A stretch of 64,000 bases of DNA from Halobacteriovoraceae bacterium (GTDB lineage: Bacteria > Bdellovibrionota > Bacteriovoracia > Bacteriovoracales > Bacteriovoracaceae). The notes beneath the pieces were generated by a model. That model saw only the letters and a program-made list of their open reading frames with translations, had not been told where the DNA came from and ran no database searches. How positions within the stretch are numbered: the stretch's first letter is position 1; every line of letters starts with the position of its first letter. Positions 39,793-49,334 of this stretch are shown here, piece after piece. Where the stretch lies: assembly GCA_963719505.1 (NCBI GenBank), contig CAVRCF010000005.1, positions 384,001 to 448,000 on the forward strand. The letters are read 5' to 3'. Position numbers and translations under genes: made by a program.

Positions 39793-40794
39793 TTATTTAA
39801 AGACTTTAGTGTGAATTTCAGTGGCCTGTGCTTTCTCTAAACGAGGTCCAAACTGAGAGACGACGACACTTGCTGCACGGCTGGCCAAAACACCTGATGA
39901 TGCCATTGTATGACCATTTGTGATGCCATAAAGAAAGGCTCCAGCGAACATATCTCCTGCACCGTTAGTATCTACAGCATCTGTTTTAAAAGGCTCAATG
40001 TCCACAAAAGAAGTCCCATCCCATATAACGGCACCGTTTTGGCCTAAAGTGATGACAAAGTTACTCGCTACCTTTTTTAATTCTTCGCGAGCATCAAGAA
40101 CCGATGTTTTACCAGTGTACTCCATAGCTTCATCTTCATTACAAAAAAGAAGATCTATGCCATCGCCGATAATTTCGTCTATATTTGCTTTAAAAAACTT
40201 AACCATATTTGGATCACTCATAGTCATCGAAGTTTTAATTCCATTTTTACGAGCAAAATTGATTGCAGAGACTGCTGCTTTTTGACCTGTTGGACTTGCA
40301 ACGAGATAGCCTTCAACATAAAGATATTTTGACGCTTTTAAAGCTTCAAGGTCTAACTCCTCTTCAGAGTAAGATGCCGTTATTCCTAAAAATGTATTCA
40401 TCGTTCTATCAGCGTCAGGCGTAACCATAACAAGGCACTTACCAGTCGTACCACTTGGTGCAGTAGCCTCCGTAAGTTTTGTCTTTACATTATTTTCTTT
40501 TAGATCATTTAAATAAAACTTTCCCGTGTCATCATTTGCAACTTTGCATGAGTAGAAGCTTTTTCCACCAAATTGAGAAATCCCGATCATCGTATTTGCA
40601 GCACTTCCACCGCACTGTTTTTTGACCGATTTAATATCTTCTTTATCTAAAGCTGTGGTTAACTCATCTTGACGGTCTTCTTCAACAAGAGTCATAAGGC
40701 CTTTTTCGACATTATTATTTTTAAAAAATTCCTCAGTAACTTTAAACTCCATATCCACTAGAGCATTACCTATTCCATAAACGTCATAATTCAT
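39793..40794 (-). CDS. PfkB-family carbohydrate/adenosine kinase
   Basis: GIGNALVD, GGSAAN, DTNGAGD; ATG 40794 has an AAGGA RBS. Confidence 0.9.
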   Translation of the reverse strand: MNYDVYGIGNALVDMEFKVTEEFFKNNNVEKGLMTLVEEDRQDELTTALDKEDIKSVKKQCGGSAANTMIGISQFGGKSFYSCKVANDDTGKFYLNDLKENNVKTKLTEATAPSGTTGKCLVMVTPDADRTMNTFLGITASYSEEELDLEALKASKYLYVEGYLVASPTGQKAAVSAINFARKNGIKTSMTMSDPNMVKFFKANIDEIIGDGIDLLFCNEDEAMEYTGKTSVLDAREELKKVASNFVITLGQNGAVIWDGTSFVDIEPFKTDAVDTNGAGDMFAGAFLYGITNGHTMASSGVLASRAASVVVSQFGPRLEKAQATEIHTKVFK

Positions 40795-40861
40795 TGCGCA
40801 TCCTTCATTCAATCATAAATTTTGAGTGTTAAAACTAGAAAACTATAGCTTAGAAAATAGG

Positions 40862-40892
40862 AAATAAAAAGCCCATACACAAGTTTGGGCCT
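40862..40892 (-). terminator. Terminator of the 40918..41913 gene
   Basis: Minus strand GGCCCA...TGGGCT followed by TTTTATTT. Confidence 0.6.
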
Positions 40893-40917
40893 TAGGCACT
40901 ATAAAAATATCCAGACT

Positions 40918-41913
40918 TTAGATATTATAAATTCTTCTAAATTGTTTATGAGCTTCTGGGGTATTATTATTTCCATATCTCCCTATAACGCTTAACATTG
41001 TATTAAGTGAATTATAAAGGGAATCGATCCCAGAATCAGAAACTGTTAGAACCAAGTTTAGAGCTGGAATAACATCTTCATCTTTATTCTCTGCATTTCT
41101 CAAAGAAAAATAAACATCAACAAGTTCAGACTGAGAATATCTTCCCTGCGCTCTGTTTAGAGTTAATTGGTAAACATCAATTGCTTGTGGTGTATTGTTA
41201 TTTCCAATCTTAGATAAAATATTAAAGAGATTAGTCTCTAAGTCATCAATGGTGCTTCTATTTGACCTAACTGATTCAAAAAGAGTATTAAAAATCTTTA
41301 CGCCATCTTCCGGTGTATTTTCTCTATTGAGAGATTTTTTTAAGATATTAAAGGTCTTACGCAACCTTATTCCATTCGCTAGTGATTCATTTAAAATCAT
41401 CTCAAAATAATTGTGAGCTGTCGGCGTGTTGTTATTTCCTGTAATTGTATCAAGAATATCAACCATCAGTCTTACACCTTGGCCTAAAGAGACTCTGCCC
41501 ATTTGAACATTTTGTTCAATAAGATTTAGAGCCTTGATAGCATCGTCATTGGTATTTTCTGCATTCTCTAAAGTTATAATAGCATCATATCTACTCATAG
41601 GATCGATATCATAGTCAGGATAAGGACCTGGCTCAGGCATCGGGATTGGAGTCGGAGTTGGTGCTGGAGTTGGCGTAGGTGCTGGATTTGCTCCACCCAA
41701 ATTTACACATGACAATTCTTCACTTGGAAGAAAGTTTTCACGTTCATATCTTTTTTGTGTGATCTTACAGTCTTTTAATGCGTCTCTACAGCTAGCACCT
41801 TGGAAAATATTTTGACCGAGAACAGTTCCTTGGTACTGAAGTTCAACAACACAGTTTGCATTGGCTTGACCGGCGGCCATGACAAGAAAACCTGTAAATA
41901 ATAAGCTTTTCAT
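40918..41913 (-). CDS. Secreted protein: Cys-containing N-domain, PT linker, three ~78-aa helical repeats
   Basis: Signal peptide; PAPTPTP linker; GNNNTP three times. Confidence 0.8.
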   Translation of the reverse strand: MKSLLFTGFLVMAAGQANANCVVELQYQGTVLGQNIFQGASCRDALKDCKITQKRYERENFLPSEELSCVNLGGANPAPTPTPAPTPTPIPMPEPGPYPDYDIDPMSRYDAIITLENAENTNDDAIKALNLIEQNVQMGRVSLGQGVRLMVDILDTITGNNNTPTAHNYFEMILNESLANGIRLRKTFNILKKSLNRENTPEDGVKIFNTLFESVRSNRSTIDDLETNLFNILSKIGNNNTPQAIDVYQLTLNRAQGRYSQSELVDVYFSLRNAENKDEDVIPALNLVLTVSDSGIDSLYNSLNTMLSVIGRYGNNNTPEAHKQFRRIYNI

Positions 41914-41994
41914 CTTATGATTCCTTTGATTTGGGGTAATGTTAAGGAACTGGTATCATAGGGACTTTAAAGAATCAACGCGTAGTGTAATTTT

Positions 41995-42699
41995 TTATAA
42001 AGCTAGGTACACATCATAGGAAGTCGACTTTCCATTTATGCTCATATTTGGATCATCAACAAGTGGCTGCCCTTTAGAAGATCTTTTAATAACCAATCTC
42101 TTAGTTATGGTTTTTAGTTTTTGGGCCGTCTCTTTGGCATCAAGATCCTGACCGACAACCTCTCGGAATATCCGCATCTCTTTTTTGGGTAGTGTTTTAT
42201 CATTTTTCAGTGAATACATGGGATCAAAGTATACGCAGTCATACTCAATTTCTGGAATTTCTTTAGCGTCTCCAAAGTTGAGCTTTAATTCAATATCACT
42301 ATTGGCAATTGCATTTGCAGAGAGAATAAAAGCGACAGGGTGACGCTCATAAGCCTCTACTTCACACCCAAAGGAATAAATGAGTAAGCTATCCCCTAGC
42401 ATGCCAGCCGTAACATCTAGAACCTTAGGCTTTGCGACTCCTTTTTTTAAACCAATTGCTCGGGCCAGAGGCTCTTTATAGATAGAATTTTTAAAAAAGA
42501 ATTTCTTATGATAATCCAGCTCTCCCCTGACATTCGTACAGACAGGATTGGAGTATGGTGAGCGCAACTTAATAATATTACCCTCGAGCTCAAAATCGAT
42601 GTCTAAGTCTTGGTGCAGTCCAATCACTTTTTCAAGATATGGAAAGCGTGTCATAATTGAATCGAGAGACTGAGCCTCAGAATTATCGAAAAATTGCAT
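41995..42699 (-). CDS. rsmJ: 16S rRNA m2G1516 methyltransferase RsmJ-like
   Basis: VLDVTAGMLGDS, ERHP, YFDPMY, RLVIKR. Confidence 0.8.
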   Translation of the reverse strand: MQFFDNSEAQSLDSIMTRFPYLEKVIGLHQDLDIDFELEGNIIKLRSPYSNPVCTNVRGELDYHKKFFFKNSIYKEPLARAIGLKKGVAKPKVLDVTAGMLGDSLLIYSFGCEVEAYERHPVAFILSANAIANSDIELKLNFGDAKEIPEIEYDCVYFDPMYSLKNDKTLPKKEMRIFREVVGQDLDAKETAQKLKTITKRLVIKRSSKGQPLVDDPNMSINGKSTSYDVYLAL

Positions 42700-42783
42700 G
42701 ACCACATATTAGCAATTATGGTACGTTTTGGGTAAATATAAATGATTAAATAAACAAGCACACATATTGTGACAAGGACGGTT

Positions 42784-45762
42784 ATGACAAGCCCTAGAGA
42801 AGACAACTTATTCTATATTGGAACGAGCGATCAAGATATTAAAGATATGCTCCAAACACTGGGTCTCGAAAAACTGGATGACCTTTTTTCTCATATCAAT
42901 GAGGATTACCTCATTAAAGATTTAGACTTACCTGCTCACCTCAATCATGAAGATTTGAAAAAACATATGAAAAAGGTGGCGTCAAAAAATAAGCAAATGA
43001 CAAGTTTTCTAGGAGACGGTCTACAAAATTTCACCATTCCTAAAATCGTTGAAAAAGTTTGTTCTATTCGTGGTCTCACAACTGCCTATACGCCTTATCA
43101 ACCAGAAAGAAGTCAGGGTACTCTTCAATCCCTATGGCTCTACCAAAGTGCAATGAGTAAAATTACAGGTTTTGAAGCGATCAACGCCTCTCTATACGAG
43201 AGATCAACCTGTCTTTTTGAGGCCCTAATGTGTGCGACAAGAATCGTGAAGAATTCAACAACTGTGATTGTTGCAGACTCCATTTATCCAGGTGATAAAG
43301 AAGTTCTTGAGACACTTAGAGCTGAGACATTTTTAAATATTATCTACGCTCCAGTTGATAAAAAAACCGGGACAACTGATATTGGCAAATTAACTGAACT
43401 TATTAAGACGACTGAAAACCTTGCAGGTGTGGCTTTGGCCCAACTCAATAGTTTTGGCTGTGTTGAGCACTTTAACGAAGTGACAAATTTAGTGCAAGCA
43501 AACAATCTTCAAATGATTGCCATCGTTGACCCTATAGCACTCGCTAATACCGGTCTTAGGGAGCCTGCGAGTTGGGGTGATAACGGAGGTGCAGATCTTT
43601 TGGTAGCAGAGGGTCAGCACTTAACACTTGATCCAAATTACGGAGGCCCAGGCCTTGGTATCTTTGGAATCCGCTACAATGAAAACAATAAAAACTCTAT
43701 CCGCTCAACTGCTGGAAGATTTATTGGCAAGACTGTTGATGAGGATGGAAATCCTTGCAAAGCGATTATTCTATCGACAAGAGAGCAACATATTAGACGT
43801 GAGAAAGCGACGTCAAATATTTGTTCGAACCAGTCATTTATAGCTTCGGCTTGTGGTGCCTCGATCCTTAACCGAGGAAGTATTGGTCTTCAAACTCAAT
43901 TTAATAAAGCGCGAGATATCGCGGCCACTTGTGCTCAGGAACTTACTAAGTTTGAAGGTGTCGAGTTAAAGTTTAATACGCCATTTTTTAATGAATTTAC
44001 TCTTAAAGTTAATACAGATCTTAAAGAACTAATAAAAGCGGGTCGAGAAAAGGACATCGAAATTGGTGTCAATATAAGTGGACGTGGTTCAATAAATGAA
44101 GACCTTCTTCTTGTGAGCTTAAGTGACAAGCACACGCTCAAAGAAGTGAATGAACTTACTCGTTTTTTTGCTGACCACTTTAAAAAAGGCTCCATCTCAG
44201 GACAGGTCCCAGGCCTAAACGAAGAGTATAAACGTCTGTCAAAATATGATATTCCACAGTTCGATACAGAAACACTCTACGAGTATTACAAAAAGCTTGG
44301 AAAACAAAATCTCTCTCCTGATGAAGGAATCTATCCTCTTGGAAGTTGTACGATGAAGTATAACCCTGAGATAAATGACTGGGCCGCAGGTCTTCCAGAA
44401 TTTACACAAACACATCCACAATCAAATGAAGAAGATGTTCAAGGAAATTTAGAGGTCCTTTTTGATATCCAAACGTGGTTCAAAGAAATCACAGGTCTTC
44501 CAGCTGTTGCCATTCAACCCGTTGCAGGGGCTCAAGGTGAGCTGGTTGGTTTAAAAATGTTTCAAGCCTATCACAGAGATAACGGAGAGGGCGATTCAAG
44601 AAATATTGTTCTTATTCCAAGTTCTGCTCACGGAACCAATCCAGCGACAGCAACGATGGCCGGTTTTGTAACAAAGAAAGTTGATGGCGAACAAATAGGA
44701 ATCGTTAATATCGAAGCGACAAGTTCGGGAAAAATGAACTTTGATCAAATTAAAGATCTTGTAGAAAAATATGGAAAAAGAATTGCGGGAGTCATGGTCA
44801 CAAACCCCAATACTGCCGGAATCTTTGAGACTGACTTTGCAAAGATGAGTGAGCTTATCCACTCAGTCGGTGGTCTGGTCTATATGGACGGGGCAAATAT
44901 GAATGCCATAGCCGGATGGGTTGATCTTCAAAAGCTTGGGGTCGATGCTGTTCATAATAACCTTCATAAAACTTGGTCTATCCCCCACGGTGGTGGCGGC
45001 CCAGGTGACGCTATTGTTGCGGTCAGTGAAAAGCTTATTGACTATATTCCAGGAACTCAGATTACCTTTACTAATAACGTCTACAAAATGAACAAGCCTC
45101 TTATGAGTATTGGATCATTTCACAGACACCACGGAAATTTCGCCCACAAAGTTCGTGCCTATGCTTATCTTTTAGCTCTTGGAAAAGAGGGTGTTAGAAA
45201 AATGAGTGCCGTTGCAGTTTTAAATGCACGATACCTCTACCATCTTTTAAAAGACACATATCCAACACTACCAGCAGGCAGTGATGACACTCCTAGGATG
45301 CATGAGTTTATTTTAACTCTCAGTGAACAAACCTTTAAGAAGGTTGCTGATTCAGGAACACCTAAAGCTCAAACCATTGGCCGGGTTGGAAAACTCTTTC
45401 TCGATTTTGGTTTTCATGCTCCGACAGTAGCTTTTCCTGAGCCATACGGTCTTATGCTTGAACCAACGGAATCTTATAGTAAAGATGAACTTGACGGGTT
45501 TTCAGAAGTGGTGAAAACCATTCACCGCATGATAGATGAATATCCACAAATACTTAAGACTGTTCCCCACTTTACGCCAATAAATCGAGTCAATGAGCTC
45601 CAAGCCAACAGAATGCCACAACTTTCTGAAGACTTTACCACCACTTTGGAAGAGCCAATAAAAGATAAAGTTGATGCCGATAAACTGCGTAATATGGGGC
45701 AAACACAGATAATTGAAGAGATTTTAAGAGCTCATAAAGAAAAAATGAAAAATATCGAATAA
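42784..45762 (+). CDS. gcvP: Glycine dehydrogenase (P protein), single chain
   Basis: TAYTPYQPERSQG, REQHIRREKATSNIC, PLGSCTMKYNP, NLHKTWSIPHGGGGPG; ATG 42784 has an AAGGA RBS. Confidence 0.95.
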   Translation: MTSPREDNLFYIGTSDQDIKDMLQTLGLEKLDDLFSHINEDYLIKDLDLPAHLNHEDLKKHMKKVASKNKQMTSFLGDGLQNFTIPKIVEKVCSIRGLTTAYTPYQPERSQGTLQSLWLYQSAMSKITGFEAINASLYERSTCLFEALMCATRIVKNSTTVIVADSIYPGDKEVLETLRAETFLNIIYAPVDKKTGTTDIGKLTELIKTTENLAGVALAQLNSFGCVEHFNEVTNLVQANNLQMIAIVDPIALANTGLREPASWGDNGGADLLVAEGQHLTLDPNYGGPGLGIFGIRYNENNKNSIRSTAGRFIGKTVDEDGNPCKAIILSTREQHIRREKATSNICSNQSFIASACGASILNRGSIGLQTQFNKARDIAATCAQELTKFEGVELKFNTPFFNEFTLKVNTDLKELIKAGREKDIEIGVNISGRGSINEDLLLVSLSDKHTLKEVNELTRFFADHFKKGSISGQVPGLNEEYKRLSKYDIPQFDTETLYEYYKKLGKQNLSPDEGIYPLGSCTMKYNPEINDWAAGLPEFTQTHPQSNEEDVQGNLEVLFDIQTWFKEITGLPAVAIQPVAGAQGELVGLKMFQAYHRDNGEGDSRNIVLIPSSAHGTNPATATMAGFVTKKVDGEQIGIVNIEATSSGKMNFDQIKDLVEKYGKRIAGVMVTNPNTAGIFETDFAKMSELIHSVGGLVYMDGANMNAIAGWVDLQKLGVDAVHNNLHKTWSIPHGGGGPGDAIVAVSEKLIDYIPGTQITFTNNVYKMNKPLMSIGSFHRHHGNFAHKVRAYAYLLALGKEGVRKMSAVAVLNARYLYHLLKDTYPTLPAGSDDTPRMHEFILTLSEQTFKKVADSGTPKAQTIGRVGKLFLDFGFHAPTVAFPEPYGLMLEPTESYSKDELDGFSEVVKTIHRMIDEYPQILKTVPHFTPINRVNELQANRMPQLSEDFTTTLEEPIKDKVDADKLRNMGQTQIIEEILRAHKEKMKNIE

Positions 45763-45803
45763 TTTTTCTTGCATCTAACTGTGTTCGCGGCGTTAATAGA
45801 AAG

Positions 45804-46619
45804 ATGAAATGGGAAGAAATAGATACTGAAGACTTTTTAAGGCTTAGCCACGACATCTGTGAAAACGATCAAGAGAAGTACTCACTTCTCTATGGTTTAA
45901 GCTTGGGCATAACTGAATTTGGTAGTCATAGACTGTTAAAGTTTAAAGATAAAGCTATAGCTCTTCAGACCTCTCCTCAAAAACCACTTATTGTTAGTGA
46001 TCTCAATCCGGCGATGGCAAAAAGCCTCGCCGCATATATCGAAAATAAAAATGACATCACAGAGATTATTGGAACAAAAGGTAGCGCTCAGCTTGTCATA
46101 GATAATCTGCGTTCAACTCACCCAGAACTTCCAGAGATGCTCATGAGTCAGAAAATTTACTCTTTAAAAAATTTAAATTTGCCAAAGATAGAAAATAAAA
46201 TTATTAAGGCCACAGATGTCCATATTGAACTTGTGGCCAGATGGTTTCATGACTTTATGATCGACACCTATGTGAATCTTGCACCAAAGCCTGAACATAT
46301 GAAAACGTTGGCCCAAACGCGCATCGCCAAAGGTGACGTCTACCTTCTCATCAAAGATGGAACTCCGGCCTCTATGGCCTGCACCACTCGACCGACAAAA
46401 AAGTCCGTCTCCATCAATGGTGTCTTTACACCAATTGAGAGAAGAGGCGAAGGTCTGGCATCTGAGACCGTAGCCCTTTTATGTGAAAAAATGCTTAAAA
46501 AATATGAGACTTGCTCTCTCTATACAGACTCTACAAACCCTACCTCGAATAAAATTTACTCAAAAATAGGATTTGTTGAAGTCTGTGAATCACTTCATTA
46601 TAGAGTCAATTTAGCGTAA
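45804..46619 (+). CDS. GNAT acetyltransferase
   Basis: GVFTPIERRGEGLA, LYTDSTNPTSNKIYSKIGF. Confidence 0.9.
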   Translation: MKWEEIDTEDFLRLSHDICENDQEKYSLLYGLSLGITEFGSHRLLKFKDKAIALQTSPQKPLIVSDLNPAMAKSLAAYIENKNDITEIIGTKGSAQLVIDNLRSTHPELPEMLMSQKIYSLKNLNLPKIENKIIKATDVHIELVARWFHDFMIDTYVNLAPKPEHMKTLAQTRIAKGDVYLLIKDGTPASMACTTRPTKKSVSINGVFTPIERRGEGLASETVALLCEKMLKKYETCSLYTDSTNPTSNKIYSKIGFVEVCESLHYRVNLA

Positions 46620-48059
46620 AACCATTTTCCCTTGGTAGAGCTCAACATTTGTCGAATTGTCTCCAAAAGATCTTTTTATATTGAGGGTGTATCTTATTCT
46701 TCTCTTCCTTTTTGTGTAGCGGGAATCAATTCCTAGATCACCGACTCTTATTTCAATTCTATCTGCAAAAATGTCCATTTTAGAGGGTTTAACTTTCTCA
46801 TCAAAGGCAACTCTCCACCCACCAAATGTTCTTCTATAAACAAATTGCAAAGAGACTTCTGACTTCACAATCAAGTTTAGGGCTTCTTTATCGCGGATAA
46901 TGATTTTTAATTCACTTCCATAACCGCTCGTCTGTTGGATTTCAAGGTTACGAAGCTCACTTGTTTTGTAGGCATTAGTAATAGTCAAAATGGTTTCATT
47001 TTCAGTTTCTGTCAGCTTAGATTCAAAAAAGACATCTCCTTTTACTTTATGGAGAATTTTTGTTCCATCGAATTGAAGATCTAAACTCACGACACCCAAT
47101 TCTGAATAATCTCTTTGTGCTTTCCAAACAATAATGAAGTCTCTTTTTGCAAGTTTTATAAATTCACTATAGTTACCAGAGATGATGGATCCATTGGCAA
47201 AAATCTCTTTTCCATTTGTTTTCTTTTTCCATATTTGTTTCGTAAGTTTAGTTTTTAACCGTAGACCTTCTTCAAGATTAATTGTTTTAGAAAAAGTTTC
47301 ACTTGGAATGGCTTCAATATCTTTAACAACCTTTATACTTCCCCAGTATCCATCACGACCAGCTGAACCTCTTGAGCCATCTCGTCCACCGCTTCCGCTA
47401 GAGCAAGTGTATGAAGTAGAGGAACAAACATTTTCTGTATGACAGCTTCTTACAGGAGTACATCTTCTTCTATCAAAACATCTTCGAACGGGAGCGGTTC
47501 TACCATCTTCAGTTCTTGTCTCGCCAGTCGTTTCACATATTCTCTCAGATGAACAGCTCTCAGTATTAGAACAACTCTCAACGTCACGACAAGTTGTGTG
47601 AGACCAAGAAAATGTCGAACAAGAGCAACCGCTTCCTCCATCAGATCCATAACCACCCTGGGCTCCATAGCCTCCGTAGTTTTCAATATATATACTTTTT
47701 AAATCAGCAAGATTTTTATAGAAAACAGTAACAGAACCACCGTCACCACCTCGGCCACCATCTCCACCGTCTCCGCCATCGCCCCCGTCTGCACCGTACT
47801 CATTAGAGTGTCCACGACTTTGATAGCAACTTGATGCCGATGATCCCGCTGAACCATTTCTTCCAGGAGAGCCATTAGTCCCGTTTAAAATAAAAGAGTA
47901 AGAGGCGTCAGCAAACGTGACAACACTCTGGGCATCGGTTCCGCTCGATCCACGGCTTCCGTCACTTCCATCTGATCCGCTATATCCAAAAGATGAAGCA
48001 CTTGAGTTGTTTGCAAATGCCACAAGGCAAAACATTAATAGTAATTGAAAGGTTTTCAT
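46611..48059 (-). CDS. Secreted Gly-rich collagen-like protein with Cys-rich insert and beta C-domain
   Basis: Signal peptide, (GxD/GxG)n tracts, CX5C arrays. Confidence 0.8.
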   Translation of the reverse strand: MKTFQLLLMFCLVAFANNSSASSFGYSGSDGSDGSRGSSGTDAQSVVTFADASYSFILNGTNGSPGRNGSAGSSASSCYQSRGHSNEYGADGGDGGDGGDGGRGGDGGSVTVFYKNLADLKSIYIENYGGYGAQGGYGSDGGSGCSCSTFSWSHTTCRDVESCSNTESCSSERICETTGETRTEDGRTAPVRRCFDRRRCTPVRSCHTENVCSSTSYTCSSGSGGRDGSRGSAGRDGYWGSIKVVKDIEAIPSETFSKTINLEEGLRLKTKLTKQIWKKKTNGKEIFANGSIISGNYSEFIKLAKRDFIIVWKAQRDYSELGVVSLDLQFDGTKILHKVKGDVFFESKLTETENETILTITNAYKTSELRNLEIQQTSGYGSELKIIIRDKEALNLIVKSEVSLQFVYRRTFGGWRVAFDEKVKPSKMDIFADRIEIRVGDLGIDSRYTKRKRRIRYTLNIKRSFGDNSTNVELYQGKMVLR

Positions 48060-48098
48060 TTAGTCTCTCCTAAGAATTTATAAAGTAATTACTAGAAG

Positions 48099-48115
48099 AG
48101 CAAAAAGCTTGCCAA
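48099..48115 (-). promoter_or_regulatory. Sigma54 promoter
   Basis: Minus strand TTGGCAAGCTTTTTGCT (GG-N10-GC), about 40 nt upstream of ATG 48059. Confidence 0.7.
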
Positions 48116-48199
48116 AAATTTTTATGTCAATACCGTTACTTAATGCGAGACGCAAAGAGACTAGGGTCATAAAGGTTAAGGTTTATGGTTGCGCGTTAC

Positions 48200-49045
48200 T
48201 CATGAATCTTCTTCATCAATGAACTGAACACCAACGCGAAATGAATGAAGACCATCTTCGATAATATTTCTAATAATTCCAATCATGGGTTTATCTAAAT
48301 CTTTTCCATCGATTGCTGTTACCAGTAGTTTATCATTTTTTTGAAACATCTCTTTGCCTGAGATCTTAAAAGCCATTCCACCTGTTGAGAGATCGAACAA
48401 GCTATAAATTAAAACTTTGTCCGAACTATCCAGTAACTTTAAAGTAACCTTTTTCTCTTTTTTGGGTCTGGCCCGAGGTGCCGCTCTTTGCATAGCGAAC
48501 ACTTTATCCTCATCAACCTTTTTCACAGAGTCAAAGGTATCTAACTTGTCTGTTTTAAGATTAGCTGAAACTCGGGAATTGATAACATCTGTTTTTAGGT
48601 TAGCTGACATTCTTGAACTTATTTTATCTGTACCGGCAACGAAGCCAGATAAATTCTTATGTTTAATATGATCAATTTTGGATTCTTTTGTCATATTCTC
48701 GTGAACAAGATGATCAGTGGTATCATGAACGGTAAAGGATTCGCCCACAAAAACGACTTCACTTGGAAGCTCAGATCGAATCCCATTTTCTGAATAAAAC
48801 TTATCAACTTTAAAAATATATTTAGATTTCTTGCAATGAAAAAAGAGTGGTCGATCCAGTTCAAAAATATCATCATCTGCACCGAAGACTATTTCTTGAG
48901 ATCCAATGGAGACAAGAGTGCTTGGCATTGTCACTCGAGATCCATCTATATTTTGCCAAAGTGTAAAAACCTCGCCACTGGCCTTTGAAGTCTTTAAAAG
49001 CGATACAATTTTTTCAAAATGTTCTCTAATACTATATTTTTTAAT
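48200..49045 (-). CDS. PilZ-domain protein, probable ATT start
   Basis: QRAAPR (RxxxR) and DLSTGG (DxSxxG); frame open 37 codons above the GTG at 48934 to ATT 49045 with an AGAGG RBS. Confidence 0.75.
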   Translation of the reverse strand: MKKYSIREHFEKIVSLLKTSKASGEVFTLWQNIDGSRVTMPSTLVSIGSQEIVFGADDDIFELDRPLFFHCKKSKYIFKVDKFYSENGIRSELPSEVVFVGESFTVHDTTDHLVHENMTKESKIDHIKHKNLSGFVAGTDKISSRMSANLKTDVINSRVSANLKTDKLDTFDSVKKVDEDKVFAMQRAAPRARPKKEKKVTLKLLDSSDKVLIYSLFDLSTGGMAFKISGKEMFQKNDKLLVTAIDGKDLDKPMIGIIRNIIEDGLHSFRVGVQFIDEEDS

Positions 49046-49334
49046 ACAGTAACCTCTGTTTTATAAAGCTCTTCATAACAACTATATTATATGACAAAAC
49101 ATGACTCAATTCCTAAAAATTAATCTCTATAGTATTAAGGATAAGTTATGATTTATTCAATTTCTAGCCCTTTATTCCCTCGAAATATATAAAATGTCTT
49201 AATTTCTTTAGAAAAAAGGAACAAGGCCAAGATTTCATCAAAATAGGCCGTTTTTGACGCGAAAATATTTCAAAAACCTTCATTATTTTACTTCGCATCT
49301 TAATTGGAGTTAAGATAAGACAAAGGAAATTTAT

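Noticed and set aside
42700..42783. Glycine riboswitch upstream of gcvP
   Set aside because: Intergenic region too short and AT-rich; no aptamer motif
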